Shown: piece after piece, positions 53,838 to 64,000 of the stretch
Position numbering within the stretch: position 1 is the stretch's first letter
Layout: every line of letters starts with the position of its first letter
NCBI GenBank assembly: GCA_964016885.1
Contig: OZ024741.1
Coordinates: 257,114,001-257,178,000 of the forward strand
Length of the DNA: 64,000 bases
Reading direction: 5' to 3'
DNA from: Eledone cirrhosa
Lineage: Eukaryota
Position numbers and translations under genes: made by a program
Notes under the pieces: generated by a model
Databases searched by the model: none
Seen by the model: only the letters and a program-made list of their open reading frames with translations
What the model was told of the DNA's origin: nothing

Positions 53838-56800
53838 GTTTCGCTTTACGAATGTTTCGACTTACGAGTGTTTCGACTTACGAGTGTTTCGGCTTACGAG
53901 TGTTTTGACTTACGGGTCTTTCGACTTACGCGTGTTTCCACTTACGAGTGTTCTGACTTACGAGTGTTCTGACTTACGAGTGTTCCGACTTACGAGTGTT
54001 TCGACTTACGAGTGTTTTGGCGTACGAGTGTTTTGACTTAAGGGTGTTTCGACTTACGAGTGTTTCGATACGAGTGTTTCGACTTACGAGTGTTTCGGCT
54101 TACGAGTGTTTCGACTTACGAGTGTTTCGACTTACGAGTGTTCAGATTTACGGATGTTTCGACATACGAGTGTTTCGACTTACGAGTGTTTCGACTTACG
54201 AGTGTTTTGACATACGGGTGTTTTGACATACGAATGTTTCGATACGAGTGTTTCGACTTACGAGTGTTCTGACTTACGAGTGTTCTGACTTACGAGTGTT
54301 CTGACTTACGAGTGTTCCGACTTACGAGTGTTCCGACTTACGAGTGTTTCGGCTTACGAGTGTTTCGGCTTACGAGTGTTTCGACTTACGAGTGTTTCGA
54401 CTTACGAGTGTTCCGTCTTACGGGTGTTTCGACTTACGAGTGTTTTGGCTTACGGTGTTTCGGCTTACGAGTGTTTCGACTTACGAGTCTTTCGGCTTAC
54501 GAGTGTTTCGACTTACTAATGTTTTTACTTACGAGTGTTTCGGCGTACGAGTGTTTCGACTTACGAGTGTTTTTACTTAAGGGTGTTTCGACTTACGAGT
54601 ATTTTTGGCTTACGAGTGTTTCGACTTACGAGTGTTTTGACTTACGAGTGTTCTGATTTACGGATGTTTCGACATACGAGTGTTTTGACTTACGATGTTT
54701 CGACTTACGAGTGTTTCGACTTACGGGTGTTTCGACTTACGAGTGTTTCAACTTACGAGTGTTTCGACTTACGAATATTTCGACTTACGGGTGTTTCGGC
54801 TTACGAGTGTTTCGACTTACGAGTGTTCTGACTTACGAGTGTTCTGACTTACGAGTGTTCCGGCTTACGAGTTTTTCGACTTACGAGTGTTTGGACTTAC
54901 GAGTGTTTCGACTTACGAGTGTTTCGACTTACGAGTGTTTCGGCTTACGAGTGGTTTGACTTACGAGTGTTCTGACTACGAGTGTTCTGACTTACGAGTG
55001 TTTCGGCTTATGAGTGTTTCGACTTACGAGTGTTTCGGTTTATGAGTGTTTCGGCTTACGAGTGTTTCGGCTTACGAGTGTTTCGACTTACGGGTGTTTC
55101 GACTTATGAGTGTTTCGTCTACGAGTGTTTCGACTTACGAGTGTTTCGGCTTACGAGTGTTTCGACATAGGGGTGTTTCGACTTACGGTGTTTCGGCTTA
55201 CGAGTGTTTCGACTTACGAGTGTTCTAACTTACGAGTGTTCTGACTTATGAGTGTTCTGACTTACGAGTGTTCCGACTTAAGAGTGTTTCGGCTTACGAG
55301 TGTTTCGGCTTACGAGTGTTTCGAATTACGAGTGTTTCGACTTACGAGTGTTTCGACTTATGAGTGTTTTGACTTAAGGTGTTTCGGCTTACGAGTGTTT
55401 CGACTTACGAGTGTTTTGACTTACTGGTGTTTTGACATACGAGTGTTTCGATACGAGTGTTTCGACTTACGAGTGTTCTGACTTACGAGTGTTCTGACTT
55501 ACGAGTGTTCTGACTTACGAGTGTTCTAACTAACGAGTGTTCTGACTTACGAGTGTTCTGACTTACGAGTGTTCCGACTTACGAGTGTTTCGGCTCACGA
55601 GTGTTTCGGCTTACGAGTGTTTCGACTTACGAGTGTTTCGGCTTACGAGTGTTTTGACTTACGAGTGTTTTGACTTACATGTGTTTCGACTTACGCGTGT
55701 TTCGACTTACGAGTGTTTCGACTTGCGAGTGTTTCGACTACGGGTGTTTCGACTTACGAATGTTTTGACTTACGGATGTTTTGACTTACGGGTCTTTCGG
55801 CTTACGAGTGTTTCGACTTACGAGTGTTCTGACTTACGAGTGTTCTGACTTACGAGTGTTCTGACTTACGAGTGTTCCGACTTACGAGTGTTTCGACTTA
55901 AGAGTGTTTCGGATTACGAGTGCTTCGACTTACGAGTGTTTCGGCTAACGCGTGTTTCGACTTACGAGTATTCTGACTACGAGTGTTCTGACTTACGGGT
56001 GTTCTGAGTTACGAGTGTTCCGACTTACGAGTGTTTCGGCTTTCGAGTGTTTCGACTTACGAGTGTTTCGGGTTACGAGTGTTTCGACTTACGAATGTTT
56101 TCACTTACGAGTGTTTCCGCTTACGAGTGTTTCGACTTACGAGTGTTTCGACTTACGAGTGTTTTGACTTACGGTTTTTCGGCTTGCGAGTGTTTCGACA
56201 TACGAGTGTTTTGACTTACGGGCGTTTCGACTTACGGGTGTTTCGACTTACGAGTGTTTCGACTTACGGGTGTTCTGTCTTACGAGTGTTCTGACTTGCG
56301 AGTGTTCCGACTTACGAGTGCTTCGGCTTACGAGTGTTTCGACATACGAGTGTTTTGACTTACGGATGTTTCAACTTACGGGTGTTTCGACTTACGAGTG
56401 TTTCGACTTACGAGTGTTCTGACTACGAGTGTTCTGACTTACGGGTGCTCTGACTTACGAGTGTTTCGACTTACGAGTGTTTCGACTTACGAGTGTTTCG
56501 GCTTACGAGTGTTTCGACTTACGAGTGTTTTGACTTACGAATGTTTTGCCTTACGGGTGTTCCGGTTTACGAGTGTTTCGACTTACGAGTATTCTGACTT
56601 ACGAGTGTTCCGACTTACGGGTTTTTCGACTTACGAGTGTTTCGACTTACGAGTGTTCCGACCTATGAGGGTTTCGGCTTACTGGTGTTCCGACTTACGA
56701 GTATTTTCGGCTGACGAGTGTTTTGACTTACGATTGTTTCGGCTTACGAGTGTTTCGGCTTGCGAGTGTTTTGATTTACGAGTGTTTTGACTTACGGGTG

Positions 56801-59800
56801 TTTCGACTTACGCGTGTTTCGACTTACGAGTGTTTCGACTTACGAGTGTTTCGGCTTATGAGTGTTTCGAATTACGAGTGTTTTGACTTACGGGTGTTTT
56901 GATATACGAGTGTTTCGGTACGAGTGTTCTGACTTACGAGTGTTCTGACTTACGAGTGTTCTGACTTACGAGTGTTCTGACTAACGGGTGTTCTGACTTA
57001 CGAGTGTTCCGACTTACGAGTGTTTCGGCTATGAGTGTTTTGACTTACGGGTGTTTCGACTTACGGGTGTTTCGACTTACGAGTGTTTCGACTTACGTGT
57101 GTTTCCGCTTACGAGTGTTTCGGCTTACGAGTGTTTCGAATTACGAGTGTTTTGGCTTACGAATGTTTTGACTTACGGGTGTTTCGGTGTACGAGTGTTT
57201 CGACTTAAGGATGTTTCGACTTACGAGTGTTTCGACTTACGAGTGTTTCGACTTACGAGTGTTTCGATTTACGAGTGTTTCGACTTACGAGTGTTTTGGC
57301 TTACGAATGTTTTGACTTACGGGTGTTTCGACTTACGGGTGTTTCGGCTTACGAGTGTTTCGACTTACGAGTGTTTTGACTTACGAGTGTTCTGACTTAC
57401 GAGTGTTCTGACTTACGAGTGTTCCGACTTACGAGTGTTCCGACTTACGAGTGTTTCGGCTTACGAGTGTTTCGGCTTACGAGTGTTTCGGCTTACGAGT
57501 GTTTTGACTTACGAGTGTTCTGACTACGAGTGTTCTGACTTACGGGTGTTCCTGCTTACGAGTGTTCCGACTTACGAGTGTTTCGGCTAATGAGTGTTTC
57601 GACTTACGGGCGTTTCGACTTACGAGTGTTCTGACTTACGAGTGTTCTGACTTACGAGAGTTCCGACTTACGACTGTTTCGACTTACGAGTGTTTTGACT
57701 TACGAGTGTTCCGACTTACGAGTGTTTCGGCTTACGGGTGTTTCGACGTACGAGTATTTTTGGCTTACGAGTGTTTCTACTTACGAGTGTTTTGAATTAC
57801 GATTGTTTCGGCTTACGAGTGTTTCGACTTACGAGTATTTCGACTTACGAGTTTTTTTACTTACGGTGTTTCGGCTTACGAGTGTTTCGACTTATGAGTG
57901 TTCTGATTTACGGATGTTTCGACATACGAGTGTTTTGACTTACGGTGTTTCGACTTACGAGTGTTTCGACTTACGAGTGTTTCGACTTACGGGTGTTTCG
58001 ACTTACGAGTGTTTCGACTTACGAGTGTTTCGACTTACGGGTGTTTCGGCTTACGAGTGTTTCGACTTACGAGTGTTCTGACTTACGAGTGTTCTGACTT
58101 ACGAGTGTTCCGGCTTACGAGTTTTTCGACTTACGAGTGTTTCGACTTACGAGTGTTTCGGCTTACAAGTGTTTCGGCTTACGAGTGGTTTGACTTACGA
58201 GTGTTCTGACTACGAGTGTTCTGTCTTACGAGTGTTTCGACTTACGAGTGTTTCGGCTTATGAGTGTTTCGACTTACGAGTGTTTCGGCTTACGAGTGTT
58301 TCGACTTACGAGTGTTTCGACTCACGGGTGTTTCGACTTAGGAGTGTTTCGACTACGAGTGTTTCGACTTACGAGTGTTTCGGCTTACGAGTGTTTCGAC
58401 TTATGGGTGTTTCGACTTACGAGTGTTTTTACTTACGGTGTTTCGGCTTACGAGTGTTTCGACATACGAGTGTTTTGACTTACGGGTGTTTCTACTTACG
58501 AGTGTTTCGACTTACGAATGTTTTGACTTACGGGTGTTTCGGCTTACGCGTGTTTCGATTTATGAGTGTTTCGGCTTACGAGTGTTTCGACTTACTAATG
58601 TTTTTACTTACGAGTGTTTCGGCGTACGAGAGTTTTGACTTACGAGTGTTTCTACTTACGAGTGTTTCGACTTACGAGTGTTTTGACTTACGAATGTTTT
58701 GACTTACGGGTGTTTCGGCTTACGAGTGTTTCGACTTACGAGTCTTTCGGCTTACGAGTGTTTCGACTTACTAATGTTTTTACTTACGAGTGTTTCGGCG
58801 TACGAGTGTTTCGACTTACGAGTGTTTCGACTTACGGGTGTTTTGACTTACGGGTGTTTCGGCTTACGAGTGTTTCGACTTACGAGGGTTTTGACTTAAG
58901 GGTGTTTCGACTTACGAGTATTTTTCGCTTACGAGTGTTTCGACTTACGAGTGTTTTGACTTACGAGTGTTCTAATTTACGGATGTTTCGACATACGAGT
59001 GTTTTGACTTACGAGTGTATCGACTTACGAGTGTTTCGACTTACGAGTGTTTCGGCTTACGAGTGGTTTGACTTACGAGTGTTCTGACTACGAGTGTTTT
59101 GACTTACGAGTGTATCGGCTTATGAGTGTTTCGACTTACGAGTGTTTCGGCTTATGAGTGTTTCGACTTACGAGTGTTTCGGTTTACGAGTGTTTCGACT
59201 TACGAGTGTTTCGACTTACGGGTGTTCCGACTTAAGAGTGTTTCGACTACGAGTGTTTCGACTTACGAGTGTTTCGGCTTACGAGTGTTTCGACATACGG
59301 GTGTTTCGACTTACGATGTTTCGGCTTACGAGTGTTTCGACTTACGAGTGTTCTGACTTACGAGTGTTCTGACTTATGAGTGTTCTGACTTACGAGTGTT
59401 CCAACTTACGAGTGTTTCGGCTTACGAGTGTTTCGGCTTACGAGTGTTTCGACTTACGAGTGTTTCGACTTACGAGTGTTTCGAATTACGAGTGTTTCGA
59501 CTTACGAGTGTTTTGACATACGGTGTTTCGGCTTACGAGTGTTTCGACATACGAGTGTTTTGACTTACGGGTGTTTCGACTTACGGGTGTTTCGACTTAA
59601 GAGTGTTTCGACTTACGAGGGCTTCGACTTACGAGTGTTCTGACTTACGAGTGTTCCGACTTACGAGTGTTTCGACTTACGAGTGTTTCGACTTACGAGT
59701 GTTTCGGCGTACGAGTGTTTTGACTTACGAGTGTTTCGACTTACGAGTGTTTCGACTTACGAGTGCTTTGACTTACGAATGTTTTGACTTCGACATACGA

Positions 59801-60419
59801 GTGATCTGACTTACGAGTGTTCCTACTTACGAGTGTTTCGACTTACGAGTGTTTCGACTTGTGAGTGTTTCGACTTACGGGTGTTTCGAATTACGAGTGT
59901 TTCGTCTACGAGTGTTTCGACTTACGAGTGTTTCGGCTTACGAGTGTTTCGACATACGGGTGTTTCGACTTACGGTGTTTCGGCTTACGAGTGTTTCGAC
60001 TTACGAGTGTTCTAACTTACGAGTGTTCTGACTTATGAGTGTTCTGACTTACGAGTGTTCCGACTTACGAGTGTTTCGGCTTACGAGTGTTTCGGCTTAC
60101 GAGTGTTTCGAATTACGAGTGTTTCGACTTACGAGTGTTTCGACTTATGAGTGTTTTGACTTACGGTGTTTCGGCTTACGAGTGTTTCGACTTACGAGTG
60201 TTTTGACTTACTGGTGTTTTGACATACGAGTGTTTCGATACGAGTGTTTCGACTTACGAGTGTTCTGACTTACGAGTGTTCTGACTTACGAGTGTTCTGA
60301 CTTACGAGTGTTCTAACTAACGAGTGTTCTGACTTACGAGTGTTCTGACTTACGAGTGTTCCGACTTACGAGTGTTTCGGCTCACGAGTGTTTCGGCTTA
60401 CGAGTGTTTCGACTTACGA

Positions 60420-60488
60420 AAATAACAAATAGACGCGGTTTCAAATCTCTATGCTTTTCAAATTCAGTACATTAATCTTTATTTATAC
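60420..60488 (+). repeat. 69-bp spacer, copy 11 (subtype A')
   Basis: aatctctatgcttttcaaattcagtac, with the same flanks as copies 7 and 9. Confidence 0.95.
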
Positions 60489-63400
60489 GTTTCGCTTTAC
60501 GAGTGTTTAGACTTACGAGTGTTTCGACTTACGAGTGTTTCGGCTTACGAGTGTTTTGACTTACGAGTGTTTTGACTTACATGTGTTTCGACTTACGCGT
60601 GTTTCGACTTACGAGTGTTTCGACTTGCGAGTGTTTCGACTACGGGTGTTTCGACTTACGAATGTTTTGACTTACGGATGTTTTGACTTACGGGTGTTTC
60701 GGCTTACGAGTGTTTCGACTTACGAGTGTTCTGACTTACGAGTGTTCTGACTTACGAGTGTTCTGACTTACGAGTGTTCCGACTTACGAGTGTTTCGACT
60801 TAAGAGTGTTTCGGATTACGAGTGCTTCGACTTACGAGTGTTTCGGCTAACGAGTGTTTCGACTTACGAGTATTCTGACTACGAGTGTTCTGACTTACGG
60901 GTGTTCTGACTTACGAGTGTTCCGACTTACGAGTGTTTCGGCTTTCGAGTGTTTCGACTTACGAGTGTTTCGGGTTACGAGTGTTTCGACTTACGAATGT
61001 TTTCACTTACGAGTGTTTCCGCTTACGAGTGTTTCGACTTACGAGTGTTTCGACTTACGAGTGTTTTGACTTACGGTTTTTCGGCTTGCGAGTGTTTCGA
61101 CATACGAGTGTTTTGACTTACGGGCGTTTCGACTTACGGGTGTTTCGACTTACGAGTGTTTCGACTTACGAGTGTTCTGTCTTACGAGTGTTCTGACTTG
61201 CGAGTGTTCCGACTTACGAGTGCTTCGGCTTACGAGTGTTTCGACATACGAGTGTTTTGACTTACGGATGTTTCAACTTACGGGTGTTTCGACTTACGAG
61301 TGTTTCGACTTACGAGTGTTCTGACTACGAGTGTTCTGACTTACGGGTGCTCTGACTTACGAGTGTTTCGACTTACGAGTGTTTCGACTTACGAGTGTTT
61401 CGGCTTACGAGTGTTTTGACTTACGAGTGTTTTGACTTACGAATGTTTTGCCTTACGGGTGTTCCGGTTTACGAGTGTTTCGACTTACGAGTATTCTGAC
61501 TTACGAGTGTTCCGACTTACGGGTGTTTCGACTTACGAGTGTTTCGACTGACGAGTGTTCCGACCTATGAGGGTTTCGGCTTACTGGTGTTCCGACTTAC
61601 GAGTATTTTCGGCTGACGAGTGTTTTGACTTACGATTGTTTCGGCTTACGAGTGTTTCGGCTTACGAGTGTTTTGATTTACGAGTGTTTTGACTTACGGG
61701 TGTTTCGACTTACGCGTGTTTCGACTTACGAGTGTTTCGACTTACGAGTGTTTCGGCTTATGAGTGTTTCGAATTACGAGTGTTTTGACTTACGGGTGTT
61801 TTGACATACGAGTGTTTCGGTACGAGTGTTCTGACTTACGAGTGTTCTGACTTACGAGTGTTCTGACTAACGGGTGTTCTGACTTACGAGTGTTCCGACT
61901 TACGAGTGTTTCGGCTATGAGTGTTTTGACTTACGGGTGTTTCGACTTACGGGTGTTTCGACTTACGAGTGTTTCGACTTACGTGTGTTTCCGCTTACGA
62001 GTGTTTCGGCTTACGAGTGTTTCGAATTACGAGTGTTTTGGCTTACGAATGTTTTGACTTACGGGTGTTTCGGTGTACGAGTGTTTCGACTTAAGGATGT
62101 TTCGACTTACGAGTGTTTCGACTTACGAGTGTTTCGACTTACGAGTGTTTCGATTTACGAGTGTTTCGACTTACGAGTGTTTTGGCTTACGAATGTTTTG
62201 ACTTACGGGTGTTTCGACTTACGGGTGTTTCGGCTTACGAGTGTTTCGACTTACGAGTGTTTTGACTTACGAGTGTTCTGACTTACGAGTGTTCTGACTT
62301 ACGAGTGTTCCGACTTACGAGTGTTCCGACTTACGAGTGTTTCGGCTTACGAGTGTTTCGGCTTACGAGTGTTTCGGCTTACGAGTGTTTTGACTTACGA
62401 GTGTTCTGACTACGAGTGTTCTGACTTACGGGTGTTCTGACTTACGAGTGTTCCGACTTACGAGTGTTTCGGCTAATGAGTGTTTCGACTTACGGGCGTT
62501 TCGACTTACGAGTGTTCTGACTTACGAGTGTTCTGACTTACGAGAGTTCCGACTTACGACTGTTTCGACTTACGAGTGTTTTGACTTACGAGTGTTCCGA
62601 CTTACGAGTGTTTCGGCTTACGGGTGTTTCGACGTACGAGTATTTTTGGCTTACGAGTGTTTCTACTTACGAGTGTTTTGAATTACGATTATTTCGGCTT
62701 ACGAGTGTTTCGACTTACGAGTATTTCGACTTACGAGTTTTTTTACTTACGGTGTTTCGGCTTACGAGTGTTTCGACTTATGAGTGTTCTGATTTACGGA
62801 TGTTTCGACATACGAGTGTTCTGACTTACGAGTGTTCTGACTTACGAGTGTTCCGGCTTACGAGTTTTTCGACTTACGAGTGTTTCGACTTACGAGTGTT
62901 TCGGCTTACAAGTGTTTCGGCTTACGAGTGGTTTGACTTACGAGTGTTCTGACTACGAGTGTTCTGTCTTACGAGTGTTTCGACTTACGAGTGTTTCGGC
63001 TTATGAGTGTTTCGACTTACGAGTGTTTCGGCTTACGAGTGTTTCGACTTACGAGTGTTTCGACTCACGGGTGTTTCGACTTAGGAGTGTTTCGACTACG
63101 AGTGTTTCGACTTACGAGTGTTTCGGCTTACGAGTGTTTCGACTTATGGGTGTTTCGACTTACGAGTGTTTTTACTTACGGTGTTTCGGCTTACGAGTGT
63201 TTCGACATACGAGTGTTTTGACTTACGGGTGTTTCTACTTACGAGTGTTTCGACTTACGAATGTTTTGACTTACGGGTGTTTCGGCTTACGCGTGTTTCG
63301 ATTTATGAGTGTTTCGGCTTACGAGTGTTTCGACTTACTAATGTTTTTACTTACGAGTGTTTCGGCGTACGAGAGTTTTGACTTACGAGTGTTTCTACTT

Positions 63401-64000
63401 ACGAGTGTTTCGACTTACGAGTGTTTTGACTTACGAATGTTTTGACTTACGGGTGTTTCGGCTTACGAGTGTTTCGACTTACGAGTCTTTCGGCTTACGA
63501 GTGTTTCGACTTACTAATGTTTTTACTTACGAGTGTTTCGGCGTACGAGTGTTTCGACTTACGAGTGTTTCGACTTACGGGTGTTTTGACTTACGGGTGT
63601 TTCGGCTTACGAGTGTTTCGACTTACGAGGGTTTTGACTTAAGGGTGTTTCGACTTACGAGTATTTTTCGCTTACGAGTGTTTCGACTTACGAGTGTTTT
63701 GACTTACGAGTGTTCTAATTTACGGATGTTTCGACATACGAGTGTTTTGACTTACGAGTGTTTCGACTTACGAGTGTTTCGGCTTACGAGTGGTTTGACT
63801 TACGAGTGTTCTGACTACGAGTGTTTTGACTTACGAGTGTATCGGCTTATGAGTGTTTCGACTTACGAGTGTTTCGGCTTATGAGTGTTTCGACTTACGA
63901 GTGTTTCGGTTTACGAGTGTTTCGACTTACGAGTGTTTCGACTTACGGGTGTTCCGACTTAAGAGTGTTTCGACTACGAGTGTTTCGACTTACGAGTGTT

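Larger units (their letters stand above)
1..64000 (+). repeat. 16-bp satellite array, consensus GACTTACGAGTGTTTC, head-to-tail, extends beyond both window edges
   Basis: The monomer recurs continuously on nearly every line. Common variants are TTCTGA, TTTTGA, TTCCGA and TTTCGG in place of TTTCGA, and TACGGG, TACGAA and TATGAG in place of TACGAG. Occasional 15-bp monomers occur (gactacg, ttacggtg). The ORF track shows the expected 16-aa (48-bp) period LRVFRLTSVSTYECFD. I saw no inverted monomers. Confidence 0.99.
49000..64000 (+). repeat. Three related ~4.6-kb blocks (~49.0-53.6, ~55.0-59.6 and ~59.9-64.0 kb; offsets ~5.9-6.0 and ~4.7-4.9 kb)
   Basis: ORF-track triplets 49269/55248/60035, 50088/55952/60854, 51187/57051/61937 and 52209/58169/62912. 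Boundaries are approximate. Confidence 0.8.

Noticed and set aside
50-63884. Hundreds of + strand ORFs (60-203 aa) with a 16-aa repeat
   Set aside because: They are translations of the satellite. They overlap in all three frames, mostly start at GTG/TTG within the monomer, and are broken at random by TGA variants and 1-bp deletions.
1-64000. CRISPR array
   Set aside because: The repeats are contiguous 16-mers with no unique spacers. The 69-bp interruptions are copies of one sequence, and no cas genes are present.
1-64000. Telomerase-made long telomeric repeat (yeast-type 16-mer)
   Set aside because: The consensus has no G-run. Variants are inherited in multi-kb duplicated blocks with internal inserts, which indicates recombinational amplification rather than templated synthesis.
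1-64000. Synthetic or simulated sequence, or sequencing artefact
   Set aside because: Hierarchically shared variants, a consistent spacer phylogeny and diverged insert copies fit natural satellite evolution. Individual duplications could still be assembly errors.
1-64000. Canonical CENP-B box annotation
   Set aside because: The spacing between the A and CGGG is 2 nt short of the canonical motif, so it is kept only as a hypothesis in the findings.

Overview
The whole 64 kb window is eukaryote-style satellite DNA. It is a head-to-tail, single-orientation tandem array of a 16-bp monomer (consensus GACTTACGAGTGTTTC, read in another phase as GTTTCGACTTACGAGT), with roughly 3,900 monomers estimated from length/16. 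I found no credible protein-coding, rRNA, tRNA or CRISPR feature. The many + strand ORFs exist only because the consensus monomer has no stop codon in any + frame. The array is interrupted by 11 copies of an AT-rich ~69-bp spacer, which fall into four diagnostic subtypes, and by two ~99% identical copies of a ~735-bp insert. That insert contains a 37-bp hairpin ending in CTAG fused directly to a TC(TA)n start, which looks like a Helitron 3'-to-5' junction. Shared monomer variants reveal nested duplications at ~2.9, ~4.8-6, ~11.1 and ~19 kb. The most interesting hypothesis is inference: the monomer resembles the 16-bp subterminal repeat of pogo/Tigger DNA transposons (as I recall it) and partly resembles the CENP-B box. 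The array may therefore be a massively amplified transposase-binding site and possibly a centromere-type satellite. All coordinates and counts were read by eye.
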